NCBI GenBank assembly: GCA_965205025.1
Contig: CBDBFU010000015.1
Span: 352,001 to 416,000 of the forward strand
Direction of reading: 5' to 3'
From: Candidatus Poribacteria bacterium
Lineage (GTDB): Bacteria > Poribacteria > WGA-4E > WGA-3G
DNA length: 64,000 bases
The position numbers and the translations under genes were made by a program. Of the stretch, positions 1-10,862 are shown one piece after another; within the stretch, counting starts at the first letter, position 1, and each line of letters begins with the position of its first letter. Below the pieces are notes generated by a model, which saw only the letters and a program-made list of their open reading frames with translations, was not told the origin of the DNA and did not search any database.

Positions 1-2805
1 TGGCGGAGCGAGAGTTTCATACGGGAAAGGTTCATCGTCTAATGCCGAGAAGTATTTCACAAGTGCTGTTGCTTCATCATCTGACATACCGAATGATGGC
101 ATCCGTACCTTAAGTCCATACCTTAATTCAGAAGGATTTTTCAGGAATTCAAATAACCAGTTAGGGTGAACGCGTGCACCTTGTGATTGAAGAGGTGGAG
201 GTGATAACTGTTTCGCAGTAATCTGATCCAAACCTTCGTGTGCTATGATAACATCGGTATAATCTCCACCTTCACCCTCAATAACATGACATCCGGTACA
301 GTTATATTTTTCCACGATCCGTCTGCCAGCATCGATCTGTTTCTGTTTTTCAACGCGTTCAGGTTCAACAGCGTGGTCAAATATATAATTGAGTGGGTAT
401 GGCTGTGGTTGGAAACTCTTTAACAATACGGCGATAGACTTTGCTTCATCATCACTGATTTGGAAAACCGGCATACGGGAAACAATCCGACGGGTTTGAT
501 ATTGGCGAGGTTTGGTAATCTTCCCAATTGTCCAACCGTGCCAACTATGATCAATATCCACTGTATCACCAAAATCAAGTTCTTCGGCAAGTTTTGCACC
601 GAATTCACCAAGATCCGCCCCCACCTTCGATTCATTCTCGAATCCTGGTATTTCGTGACATCCGAAACAACCGTAAGTCCTTACAAGCTTTTCTCCTTCA
701 TTAGGATCTACTTCACCAATCGAAGTGGAAGTGGCAATTGTAGTTGGCTTCTGTAGATTCATCAGATATGCTACGACATTGTCTACCTCACGGTTACTCA
801 AGCGTAGACTTGGCATCGCAGTATCTGGATCATAAGCCTTAGGATTTTCGATCCATTGTTTGAGATATTGAGCGGTAACTTTTGTGCCTACACTGTCTAA
901 TGCTGGTGCAAAATCAGTTCCTAAGCCATCAACAGCATGACAAGTGAGACATCCAACTGTTTTTACAGTTTCTTCACCGGCACTGATTGCATTCTCAGAT
1001 TTTGAGTATTGCTCAGATGAATCGTCTAATGTGTCATCGGTCATTTGTGAAAGATAAGCTGCAATAGATTTTACCTCATCCACTATACGAACGACACTTT
1101 CCCTTGAGTAAGGATATACAGTACCATCATCTGCTTTAATCTCATATCCAGTCTGAGTTTCGGTTACTATACCTGTGCGTTGTCGACCATTCTTGAAGTA
1201 GACAACCTGGCTCATTCCCTCAGCAGGGAAGAAATTAGGCATGGTTGTATTTGGGAGATATGCTTCTGGTGTTTTAATCCAACTCTCAAGCCAGGTAATA
1301 TCTTTGACTTTACTTCCAACTTTTTTCAGGGATGGTCCTACTTTTTCTATATTCTTAAGGGCACTATATCCTTCAACCGCATGACATCCATGGCATCCAA
1401 GGTTTTCAAAGAGATCCATTCCTTTTGTAAGATTTGGAGCGTAATCTACTGGTACATTTGTATCCGAATCAACACCATAATCTAACTTCATTACACCATC
1501 ATGACAACGTCGACAATTTGACTCCATATAACCTTTTTTCTCTTCAGAAGTTCTTCCTGTATGTTTATCCAAACCGAGCACAGGTGTGAGCCAATATTCT
1601 GCATGAGTTAAGGCATGTGCAGCTTTGGCAGTTAAGGCGCGTCCTTGACCACCGTGACAGGGGGTACATCCGAATCTTTCAACTGGATGTTTAGCGAGTA
1701 AAACATCTCTATGTGGATGTGTCTGAAGAACTGGGTCATAACCAGTTTCGTATGAAATCTCTATGTCACCAAATACATCAATATCAGTAAGTGTGAGGAG
1801 TCCGGTTTCAGTAAGTTCATATTCTTCAGGTTCAGCATCAAACCCGTCAATTACGACTGTCTCACTACCAAGTTTTACTTTGGGATGTTTTAGTTGAAGT
1901 TTCACAAGTGTTTCGCCATCACCTTCAACTTCTTCAAATAACTCATCACCAGAGGTTTCATATCCACTCTTATCAACAGAAAAATGACATGTAGCACACC
2001 TATCAGCGGTATAATCGAATTCCTCAAGGTAATATTGGACAATGGTGCGTGTTTCTCGAAATGGATTTTCTAATAAACTACCGAGAAAAGTCCGTTTGAT
2101 ACCACCAACGTCTGCTAACTTCTCTTCAAGACGAGAAACAAGCTCAAATTGTGCTTTTTCAGCTTCAAGAACTGACAACGATGCTTGAGAGGCAGTGATC
2201 CCATCTTTTATAGAGGTATCTGTGGGTTTGTATTTTTGTGCAATTAGGTAGGTACTTAGAGCATTGGTAGGATCGTTATTATTCTGATAAAAATCGGCAA
2301 GAGATTTATTTACATCAGCATAGACAGCTTCAGCTACCAGAACCGCTGAAGTCAATTCCCCTTCAATTCGTTGTTCAAACTCATCAAGTTTCTCTTTCCA
2401 TTTTTTGACAGTGTCAGTATATTCTCCGTGTGCTTCATGAAGACTATGTTGATATTTATAATTGATTGCATCTGATTTACTCTGTTCAAATTTCCTGTCC
2501 TGCATTGCTTCATCCAATGCGACTTTCTTATCTTCAATATCCTTTTTCAGTTTTCTCAATTCATTTGCATCTAAGTCTGGTTTGGAGGGTTCTTCAGGTA
2601 AATTATCCTTAGCTATTACCAATTCTGCTTTTGTTTTCTCATACTCATATTGGTAAAACTGTTGCTGTATCTCTTTCCAAGGTCGACGGGTAATCATCTC
2701 ACTCCAGAAACCCCATATAGTTACCAATCCTAACAGTGCTGATAGAATAAAAAACAATACAGAATAAGATTTACTTTCAGCGGGAATTTCTTTCTTGCTC
2801 CTCAC
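1..2805 (-). CDS. Membrane-anchored multiheme cytochrome c of the Rieske/cytochrome b operon (runs off the left edge; not in ORF track)
   Basis: Manual translation from GTG at 2805 with GGAGG RBS; N-terminal TM helix; same frame at both ends; CxxCH motifs CATCH (~1990), CTPCH (~1660), CRRCH (~1508), CHGCH (~1388), CLTCH (~944), CFGCH (~602), CTGCH (~293). Confidence 0.9.
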   Translation of the reverse strand, partial: MRSKKEIPAESKSYSVLFFILSALLGLVTIWGFWSEMITRRPWKEIQQQFYQYEYEKTKAELVIAKDNLPEEPSKPDLDANELRKLKKDIEDKKVALDEAMQDRKFEQSKSDAINYKYQHSLHEAHGEYTDTVKKWKEKLDEFEQRIEGELTSAVLVAEAVYADVNKSLADFYQNNNDPTNALSTYLIAQKYKPTDTSIKDGITASQASLSVLEAEKAQFELVSRLEEKLADVGGIKRTFLGSLLENPFRETRTIVQYYLEEFDYTADRCATCHFSVDKSGYETSGDELFEEVEGDGETLVKLQLKHPKVKLGSETVVIDGFDAEPEEYELTETGLLTLTDIDVFGDIEISYETGYDPVLQTHPHRDVLLAKHPVERFGCTPCHGGQGRALTAKAAHALTHAEYWLTPVLGLDKHTGRTSEEKKGYMESNCRRCHDGVMKLDYGVDSDTNVPVDYAPNLTKGMDLFENLGCHGCHAVEGYSALKNIEKVGPSLKKVGSKVKDITWLESWIKTPEAYLPNTTMPNFFPAEGMSQVVYFKNGRQRTGIVTETQTGYEIKADDGTVYPYSRESVVRIVDEVKSIAAYLSQMTDDTLDDSSEQYSKSENAISAGEETVKTVGCLTCHAVDGLGTDFAPALDSVGTKVTAQYLKQWIENPKAYDPDTAMPSLRLSNREVDNVVAYLMNLQKPTTIATSTSIGEVDPNEGEKLVRTYGCFGCHEIPGFENESKVGADLGEFGAKLAEELDFGDTVDIDHSWHGWTIGKITKPRQYQTRRIVSRMPVFQISDDEAKSIAVLLKSFQPQPYPLNYIFDHAVEPERVEKQKQIDAGRRIVEKYNCTGCHVIEGEGGDYTDVIIAHEGLDQITAKQLSPPPLQSQGARVHPNWLFEFLKNPSELRYGLKVRMPSFGMSDDEATALVKYFSALDDEPFPYETLAPP

Positions 2806-2889
2806 GAAATGTATAACCTCCAAGTGAATCGATATTTACGAACAATATTGAGAACTGAATTTTATCTCTAAATTTAGATATATAAGATA

Positions 2890-3756
2890 TTAGATATTAA
2901 ACCAAGGGGTTACCCAAACATATTTTATATTTAATGCTAATCTCAAGAACATCTTTATGGGTAACGCCATCATTGACAAGAACAAAAAGGAGACAATAAC
3001 GTATCTTACCAGTCCAAGTTGTTGAATGAATTGGCTTGTTTTTCTAAATATGATATAGACGAGGGGACCGAGTGCGAAATATCCAGATACAACGACGAAT
3101 CCGAAGAAACTTGCTGTAACGTCATTACGTATACCGAAAAGGTAGGATAAGTTGATATTAGTTAAAGGTACAATCAGGTGTGGATCCCACTTCTCCCAAG
3201 GCATAAAGATATTCCATCCTGGTCCTCTTAGGAATGTACCGACTATCATCAATACAATCCATAGTATTAGGAATCCGAAACAGAATACTGTAATAGCAAA
3301 TGGACGTTCTTTAAGTGTGTAATACCCTTTTCCTTTAGGGTTGATATCGATATAAGGAATTGCTACCAAACCAGCAATTATAAGCCCTGGTAAGACGACC
3401 CCAGCAATCCAAGGGTCGAAATAGACTAACATCTCCTGTAGTGCGAGGAAATACCACGGTGCTTTGGATGGATTAGGCGTCTTGGCAGGATCACTCATTT
3501 CTTCCAGAGGAGCGTCAATCATAATTGACCAGACACCAAGAACTAACATGACGATTATAGCACAGACAAATTCGTTACGACATAGATATGGCCACACGTA
3601 AACCTTATCATTCAGTTCCGCATCTGATGGAACACCCATCCGATCTGTTTGCCTTGCCTGTTTATATGATAACCAGAGAAAGTATGGTACCAGAAACAAC
3701 ATAGCCAAAATCGGAACATTATCAGGTTTCGATATTAATGCTATAATATTCTCCAT
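2890..3756 (-). CDS. petD: Cytochrome b C-terminal subunit (PetD/subunit IV-like) with extra TM helices
   Basis: DPAKTPNPSKAPWYFLALQE, a variant of the PEWY region; multiple TM segments; follows cytochrome b6. Confidence 0.8.
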   Translation of the reverse strand: MENIIALISKPDNVPILAMLFLVPYFLWLSYKQARQTDRMGVPSDAELNDKVYVWPYLCRNEFVCAIIVMLVLGVWSIMIDAPLEEMSDPAKTPNPSKAPWYFLALQEMLVYFDPWIAGVVLPGLIIAGLVAIPYIDINPKGKGYYTLKERPFAITVFCFGFLILWIVLMIVGTFLRGPGWNIFMPWEKWDPHLIVPLTNINLSYLFGIRNDVTASFFGFVVVSGYFALGPLVYIIFRKTSQFIQQLGLVRYVIVSFLFLSMMALPIKMFLRLALNIKYVWVTPWFNI

Positions 3757-3878
3757 ATCTAAATCAATTCTCCTTTAACTCTGAATTGTCTATAGTTCTC
3801 GTCTAACCTAATTTTATTACCACAGTCATAAAGAGCAATCTTATTTAACTTATCCAATGTATAGCATGTGTCCATTAC

Positions 3879-4652
3879 TTATAGAGGACCGGAGATACCA
3901 CCGTCTTTACGGACACGCCAAAAATGTAACGCCATTAATGCACTTGCAGCCAATGGGACTGCGACACAATGTAGAATGTAGAATCGTAATAGTGTTGACT
4001 CACCTACCATTGTTCCACCGAGTAATGCGAACCGTACATCATTAGATGTTGTTACTATGTCTGTTGGTGTGAAGGGACCTTCATTACCTAAGACCGGTGT
4101 CGCGCTAGCCATGTTAGTCCCGACTGTAACTGCCCAAAATGCAAGTTGGTCCCAAGGTAACAAATACCCCGTAAAACTCAAGAAAAAGGTGATAAGTAAT
4201 AATATGACACCGACTGCCCAATTAAATTCGCGAGGCTTCTTGTATGAACCTGTTAAAAAGACACGGAACATATGAAGCATCACAGATATTACCATTCCAT
4301 GTGCAGCCCATCGATGCATATTTCGTAGGAGCATACCAAAAGGAATATCAAATTCGAAGTTTTGGACATCTTTGAAGGCGTATTCGGCAACTGGACGGTA
4401 GTAAAACATTAACAAAACACCGGTAACAGCAGTCACCAAAAACATGAGAAATGTGATACCTCCCATGCACCAAGTGAATCTAAAGTTTAGGGCGTGGCGT
4501 GAAATGCGGGGTGGATGTAAGTGAAGCCAAACGTTCTGTAGTATTTGTAGTGTGTAGCGTCGGCCGGTGTCTTCATAACCGTGGCGAAAAATTGATTTCC
4601 ATATATCGGAATCGGTAATCTTTTGTTTTAGTCCTTTACGTTCTTCGTTCAT
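3879..4652 (-). CDS. petB: Cytochrome b6-like N-terminal subunit
   Basis: WCMGGITF, RNMHRWAAH, SFTGYLLPWDQ, RFYILH, HFWRVRKDGGISGPL. Confidence 0.92.
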   Translation of the reverse strand: MNEERKGLKQKITDSDIWKSIFRHGYEDTGRRYTLQILQNVWLHLHPPRISRHALNFRFTWCMGGITFLMFLVTAVTGVLLMFYYRPVAEYAFKDVQNFEFDIPFGMLLRNMHRWAAHGMVISVMLHMFRVFLTGSYKKPREFNWAVGVILLLITFFLSFTGYLLPWDQLAFWAVTVGTNMASATPVLGNEGPFTPTDIVTTSNDVRFALLGGTMVGESTLLRFYILHCVAVPLAASALMALHFWRVRKDGGISGPL

Positions 4653-4710
4653 TATCTTCCTTTATATCTATTGATGCGAACATTGACCCTGACGCAATTT
4701 CAACCTGATA

Positions 4711-5199
4711 TTAGACTTTTAAAGATGCCCCAGCATCCTCCCACTGACCTTTTTCACCTAAAAACTTGACTGATTTGTCAATTTGAAGCTGTCCATCTTC
4801 TGCCAAGGTTATTTCAACCCTTTCAAGAGGTCTTGGTGCTGGTCCTTCATAGTTGACCCCATCCCGGTCAAAACCGCTACCGTGACAAGGACACTTGAAT
4901 TTACTTTCTGAACCGAGCCAGCGAGGCGTACAACCAAGGTGTGTACAAGTTGTAAGAAGGGCATAAAATACACCATCTTCTCGTCTTACAATCCAAACCC
5001 CGAAGGGATCTTTTTTGAATTTTTCACTCACACTCCCCGGTGGATATTCTGCAGGAAAACCTGCCTTAAAGATAGATGATGGTTCATAGAGAACTCGTGG
5101 ATAAAGGTACCTAACTAACCCCGGCCCAAAACATAAACCGAGGGCAGCAGTAAAACTTCCCCAACCCAAGGATCTGAAGAAACTACGTCGAGACAACAC
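4711..5199 (-). CDS. petC: Rieske [2Fe-2S] subunit
   Basis: Tat motif SRRSFF; CTHLGC and CPCHGS boxes; GPAPRPL. Confidence 0.93.
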   Translation of the reverse strand: MLSRRSFFRSLGWGSFTAALGLCFGPGLVRYLYPRVLYEPSSIFKAGFPAEYPPGSVSEKFKKDPFGVWIVRREDGVFYALLTTCTHLGCTPRWLGSESKFKCPCHGSGFDRDGVNYEGPAPRPLERVEITLAEDGQLQIDKSVKFLGEKGQWEDAGASLKV

Positions 5200-5370
5200 T
5201 TATGCCCCCTATATAAGTATCACAGAATTTAGTTTGCAAAAGTATATCACAATATAGGATTGTTTGCACGAATTTCAGCGTCTTAAAATTAATGTATCAC
5301 GGATATCCGTGATTTAAATAACTGGCTTCCAACCTTAAATGACAGCGGTTTAGCGATTGAATCTTAATAC

Positions 5371-5406
5371 AAAAAGAGGGACATATATTTATATATGTCC
5401 CTCTTT
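5371..5406 (-). terminator. Intrinsic terminator after the PPC-domain gene
   Basis: Perfect inverted repeat AAAGAGGGACATATAT/ATATATGTCCCTCTTT ending in a T-run on the minus strand. Confidence 0.8.
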
Positions 5407-5453
5407 GAATCTTCTAATCTCTATAAACAGATTTGGTTCGTATAAACCAATCT

Positions 5454-7944
5454 CTACTTAATGATTTTCACATTGATAATTGGACTTTCTTGTACGAATG
5501 GAGTGCCATTGATAACTGCAGTTCCACGGAACTTCACTTGATACGTCTTTGCTTCTAATGTACTAATTGCTTCAAGATCGACTTCAACATCATTCTCATT
5601 CATAGGTATTGTAGCTTCAGGAACGGTAATCCCTTCTGGTATCAGTATAGGAGTAATAGTTACGATATCCGTGAAACTTCCACGACGAACAATACTCATT
5701 GTGAGTGTGGCAGATTTCTTAATGGGATCGACTTGTTCCGCTGTTTCAATATCAGTATTTTCAGTTGGCGAAGGATTTGAGACAGGTACAACCGCTGCAT
5801 CTCCTTCTACAGCAGCAACAGGTTCATCCGCAGTTTTAGACTTTGGAAACACAATGCTAAAACGTAAGGGTTCGATTGTAACTATAAATGGTGCTTCAAG
5901 GACAGTTAGTGGTATAGCCGGTGTGGCTTCAGTATAATTTTCACGGTTTATATTTGCTGACCCTGTCACAGAAATATAACTTGTACCTGGAGTAGGAACT
6001 ACAGAAAACTGTTCTCGGCGTTCAACTGTTCCAGCTCGAAGAGAAATCATAGTACTATTTTTTCCTGCCGAGATAGTGGCTTTTCCACCAGATACCCTTA
6101 CTGGAATACCTGCCACATTTAATGCAATCGCATCATTAAACCCTTCCCTGCGATGTGCAATTACATGGAAATTTGTCGTTTTATTATGAACAACATTTAT
6201 ATCAATATCTGCTACTTCAAGTGTGAAAGGAGGTGCTTCCATCACCGTCAACAAAATCTCTTTTGGAGTTGCTGCAACTTCTATGCGACGACCACCGATT
6301 GAACCAACCCCTACAATAGAAAAAGTATGTAGACCTAAATCTGCATCGTCAGGAGCAGTTATAGTTAACATCGCTTGATTCTGTGTAGGATATAAGATTG
6401 TTGGACTTACAATAAAACCTTTCGGTAGATCGGGTGAATAAAACTTGAGTCCACCCTTGAATCCATCTATCCGAGCTGTTGAAACGGTCATGACAAATGT
6501 ACCACCACGTGAAATACGTGGGTTATCTGTACTCACATTAACCTGAAACCGCGGATTTAAAGGTCGTATCGTAAGTCTATATGGATAGTCTCCACCCCCA
6601 CTGTTATTCAGGTCACGAACAGAAATACCATAATCACCTGCATCTGGAGCAGAAAATCCGATAATTGCATCTGTTCCACTGGCGTCATCATTTACACTGA
6701 TGACTTGTTCTTCAATATCCTCTTCAGATTCACCTTTTTTATGTGAGTATATCGTTAATAAAGGATCTAACTGTGATCGAAATTGCCTGGATTGTACTTC
6801 GATTACGAAGGTTGCGCCTTTTTCCACTGTGATAGAATATCTGTCAACATCCCCGGCTTTTTCTATTTTCCCATTCACTGTTATTGGTGTACCTATTTTG
6901 GTCTCTTCTTTTAATGTATTATTGGGTTCAGTTTCATTCGTCTCGTTAAACTCACCAATAGCAAAAGGGTAAGGGTTCGTCTCTAATCCTTTTTCAGTAT
7001 TAACACGTAATTCCTGAATTCCAGTTGAGGCATCTGGAGATATATTAAGTTGTAACGTATTAAGAGATCCTAAGTTTGCCCCAGCGACAGTAACATTGTT
7101 TGCAGCACCGCGTTTACCTCCGAGAGGGAAAACACTCTGTAGATATGGCAACTCTCCAATGCTTAATCTATATCTGTGATTTCCACCGCCTTGATATCGA
7201 ACATCCCGTAAATATAGTGTGTATTCACCATCAGTCTGTGTTGTGTAATCAATAAAGGAGTCTAAGCCATTTCCATCTTGACTCTTGACAATTTCATTTC
7301 CTGCTGGGTCATATAATTCAATATAGGAATCTAATGCTGATCCCATACGTTGGGCATTAATATCACAGATTAAACGTGCACCTTTTCTGAGATTAAATCG
7401 AAAATAATCCACATCTTCTATAGAGTTAACAGTACCATTGACGGTGACAGGTAATGTTAACACATTCGCTGCATCCATCATACCATTCGGTTCCTGTTCC
7501 ATCATCTCAGGTAAATCACCGACAATAAAATTTTGTGCATTGGAAACACCGTTAGGTGTTATTAACCGTATTTGATGGTTACCTAATGGAGCATCTTCTG
7601 ATATTTCAAATGACAGAACCAGGCGTGGATTTGTCGGTACATCACCAGAGATGCCAGAACCATTAAAACCTAACTGATGCAGACGGAGCTTTGTGCTTAA
7701 TAGTTGCCGTTATACCCTGATTGTTAAACCATATCTCTGCCTTCTCATTAATATTCTTCCCTTCAAGAGTAATATCAATTGTTTGTCCGCGTTGCGCAGC
7801 ACGGGGTGTGATATTTGTCAACTGCGGGGCAACCTGTGCATGTGTGATACCTGCAGCCAAAAAGAGAATCAGGACTATCTGGAAAAGTGATTGCAGTTGT
7901 TTGTGTCCTGTTTTTGCTTTCATACAAAGTGATATATCAGGCAT
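5454..7944 (-). CDS. Secreted multi-PPC (pre-peptidase C-terminal)/Ig-like domain protein of the DUF1501 cluster, frameshifted at ~7665
   Basis: ORFs 7663-7944 (signal peptide, PRAAQRGQT) and 5454-7505 join into ~829 aa if one T is removed from AGG-TTTT-AAT; the gap reads NGSGISG...TPNGVSNAQNFIVGDLPE; EPN and DVDxF/Y motifs. Confidence 0.8.
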
Positions 7945-8054
7945 TTTTAATTACCTCTCTGCCAATCATTTACTGGGTCAAACTATGGTGAAATGTATCC
8001 CATAAGATGTGTCTTGACCACATAACAATCCGCCATGTTAATTCTTCCCTTTTA

Positions 8055-9227
8055 CTAACGAAAATGTAATGATGCTCCCGCCGTGAACTGTAATCGGTTA
8101 ATAAGTTGTATCCCTGTTAGATTTTGGTTTTGGTACACCGGTACCTGAATCTCAAATGCCAAACGGTTCTGTTGAAAATGCGTCCCTGTGGGGATTACAA
8201 AATCAGTTGAAAGAGCGATATCAAGCTGCGTGTTGCCCTGGGAATCTATTTGGTAGATTGGACTTCTGTTTTGATTCAACTTAGGATCGCTGCTGCTAAA
8301 AGCCGTTTTGTGTGAAAACAGAAGCCGTCCTCCAAACTGGAACCAATTGTTTACACGTTGTGTGCTCCAAGCAGTCACAGTGAAAGTGTTGCCATGCCGA
8401 TATTTGTGCACATTTTGATGTAAAGGTAAGGAACTGAGCAATTGACCACCATAACTCCAGTCCTCTCTTGTGCCAAAAAGAGTGACACCTGGGCGCGCTT
8501 CATAGGAACCACTACCCAGTTGCATTGGGTAAGGTAACATCTGACCGTCATCACCCGTTTCTACGATACTCCCAGTTGGTAATGAAATACCGATGTTTCC
8601 AGTGATTATAAAGTACTCTTTTCTTAACAGCGTGAGCAACGTGTCAAATTTGATATCGCCAAAACCTTCACTATCTAACCTATATATCCCTTCAGGGTGA
8701 TTTTGATATACTCTTTGTTGCTGATATGAACCTTCCATTTCCATGATATGCTCATGATAATTTATTATCGCCATCAAAGTAATATGGTCGTGCGGGGTGT
8801 AGATGGCACTTTGCATTTGTGTTGACGTAATCATATACTCTGGTACCAGACCATAATCTTTTTGCACATCTAATGTTTTAAGCATGTCTGTGTCAGACTG
8901 CAATGCCTGAAAACCTATCACTGTGCCTCGGAAACTGTACATTACATCACCTGTTTTATGTCCGTGGGTGGCTATTACACCAATAGGTGCGTTTTCATCA
9001 AGGCGAGTAGGTGCGTTTTCATCAAGGCGAGTAGGTGCGTTTTCATCAAGGCGAGGTGATAAAGTATCCGCAAAAGTTATAGGCAATATAAATAAAAGAA
9101 GAGTAATACTGAGTGCAATTCCCAAAACTTTTTGTTGCTGACATGACATTTTGAATAACATAATAATCTCTCCATTTAATTCAGATACCTGTGTGAGAAT
9201 CTGCAATTGTAGAAGGTTTGTGTTCAC
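8055..9227 (-). CDS. Putative outer-membrane beta-barrel 'transporter' (MetA-pathway of phenol degradation-like); true start probably ~9161
   Basis: APIGV..HxHxxG, EGFGDI, GISLPTGS, LPYPMQLGSGS, FEIQVPVYQN, aromatic C-terminus. Confidence 0.6.
   Translation of the reverse strand: MNTNLLQLQILTQVSELNGEIIMLFKMSCQQQKVLGIALSITLLLFILPITFADTLSPRLDENAPTRLDENAPTRLDENAPIGVIATHGHKTGDVMYSFRGTVIGFQALQSDTDMLKTLDVQKDYGLVPEYMITSTQMQSAIYTPHDHITLMAIINYHEHIMEMEGSYQQQRVYQNHPEGIYRLDSEGFGDIKFDTLLTLLRKEYFIITGNIGISLPTGSIVETGDDGQMLPYPMQLGSGSYEARPGVTLFGTREDWSYGGQLLSSLPLHQNVHKYRHGNTFTVTAWSTQRVNNWFQFGGRLLFSHKTAFSSSDPKLNQNRSPIYQIDSQGNTQLDIALSTDFVIPTGTHFQQNRLAFEIQVPVYQNQNLTGIQLINRLQFTAGASLHFR
8984..9055. repeat. 24-bp in-frame tandem repeat x3 (RLDENAPT)
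   Basis: TAGGTGCGTTTTCATCAAGGCGAG three times. Confidence 0.95.
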
Positions 9228-9302
9228 AAATTACCCTAAATCAGAAATTTTAGACTCTCCACTAATAACTTCCAAATAATGAATTACCAATGAACTATTA
9301 GA

Positions 9303-9338
9303 AAGCCTGCACTTGAACTACTTTCAAATGCAGGCTTC
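9303..9338. terminator. Hairpin downstream of the DUF1501 gene (possible terminator or stabiliser)
   Basis: AAGCCTGCA...TGCAGGCTT inverted repeat. Confidence 0.5.
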
Positions 9339-9353
9339 AGAATTATTAGTTAA

Positions 9354-10802
9354 TTAAAAGATACCTGTAATCACTTCACCTTTAACCAATTCGCGTGGTT
9401 GGTCTAAATGGTTCATTACGATGGTATGCGGATCAATTCCGAGTGTATGGTATACCGTCGCAAGTATATCACGTGGATGCACTGGGTTTTCAAGAGGTGT
9501 TGAACCAGTAGCATCGGATTTACCGTATACCTGACCACCTTTGACACCAGCACCAGCGATAAGACCAGTATAGCAATACGGCCAATGATCACGTCCATCA
9601 GGGGCATTACCGTTCCCTGAAGTACTGATACCCATACGAGGTGAACGTCCAAATTCACCAATTGCGAGAACAAGTGTGCTCTCTAACAATCCCCGTTGAT
9701 CTAAATCTTCAAGTAGTGAAGAAACTGCACTGTCTAACTTCGGACAGTGAAGATTTTTCAATGGTCCAAAGTTTGCTGCGTGGGTATCCCATGCAGTAGT
9801 ATTTGGATTACCGTTAGCAACTGATGGCCAGTTCACCTGTACAAAACGAGTGCCAGCTTCTACCAAACGTCGTGCCATGAGTGCACTCTGACCGAATGTA
9901 TGACGACCATACTTATCGCGCATATCATCTGATTCTTGTGTTAAATCAAAGGCATTTCGTGCCTTCTGAGATAAAATCAGATCGTACGCTTTTTCATAAT
10001 ACTCATTCAATGCGAAGGAATCGGCTACCTTGTCAATTTCTGGCATATTAGCGTTAATCGTTTCAAGGAGTGTTTTCCGACGTTGTAAACGCATCGGTGG
10101 CACTTCTGGACGGAGTGACAGATCGTCAAGATTGATCTCTGTGTTCGGATCTTGGAAGAGGAAGTATGGATCATAGGCTCTACCAAGGAAACCAGCATTA
10201 CCACCCTTACCAATGATACCACTTTCTTGCATTGGTCGTGGAAGTTGAACAGCAGCCAACATCGGTTCTTCTGGTGGCTTAAACTTAGAAATATGTGCTG
10301 CAGCATTTGGATGATCAATTGGAGACGGTGGATCAAGTTGTCCAGAAGGAGCAACTTTATCTGGTGTTTCACCTGTTACCATTTGATACATAGCAGCCGT
10401 ATGATTAAATAAACCTGCAGGTGTATAACTTACTGAGCGAATCAGACAGGCTTTATCCATCTGCTGTGCCAATTTCGGCATCGTTTCTGACAACTGAATG
10501 CCAGGTACGTTTGTTGGAATAGGATTAAACTCACCTCGGATATTTGATGGTGCATCCGGTTTTGGATCCCAAATATCTATGTGACTGGGACCGCCTTGCA
10601 AAAATAACAGAATGACAGAATTTGCTTTGCCCCAACCGTTTAGAGGCTTCGCGGCATCAACTGTCGTACTTGCCTTTGCTTGGAGTGACAATACTTGTGG
10701 CAAACTTATGCCCAGCATCGCGGCGCCACCCACGCGGAAAAACTCTCTACGTGAGAACCCGTCACATAATCTCCCGGGCGCTTGTGGTAACGATAACATC
10801 AA
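9354..10802 (-). CDS. DUF1501 domain protein
   Basis: Tat-like SRREFF; LFLQGGPSHIDIWDPKP, ARRLVEAGTRFV, WDTH, GEFGRSP, GRDHWP. Confidence 0.92.
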   Translation of the reverse strand: MMLSLPQAPGRLCDGFSRREFFRVGGAAMLGISLPQVLSLQAKASTTVDAAKPLNGWGKANSVILLFLQGGPSHIDIWDPKPDAPSNIRGEFNPIPTNVPGIQLSETMPKLAQQMDKACLIRSVSYTPAGLFNHTAAMYQMVTGETPDKVAPSGQLDPPSPIDHPNAAAHISKFKPPEEPMLAAVQLPRPMQESGIIGKGGNAGFLGRAYDPYFLFQDPNTEINLDDLSLRPEVPPMRLQRRKTLLETINANMPEIDKVADSFALNEYYEKAYDLILSQKARNAFDLTQESDDMRDKYGRHTFGQSALMARRLVEAGTRFVQVNWPSVANGNPNTTAWDTHAANFGPLKNLHCPKLDSAVSSLLEDLDQRGLLESTLVLAIGEFGRSPRMGISTSGNGNAPDGRDHWPYCYTGLIAGAGVKGGQVYGKSDATGSTPLENPVHPRDILATVYHTLGIDPHTIVMNHLDQPRELVKGEVITGIF

Positions 10803-10862
10803 TTATTTCCTCCATTATAGTGATTGCTTCTAACTTAAGAAGTTCACTAATTGGTTTTGGGC

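Noticed and set aside
238-2656. Short ORFs listed in the track over 238-2656
   Set aside because: They are antisense or off-frame shadows of the multiheme cytochrome gene.
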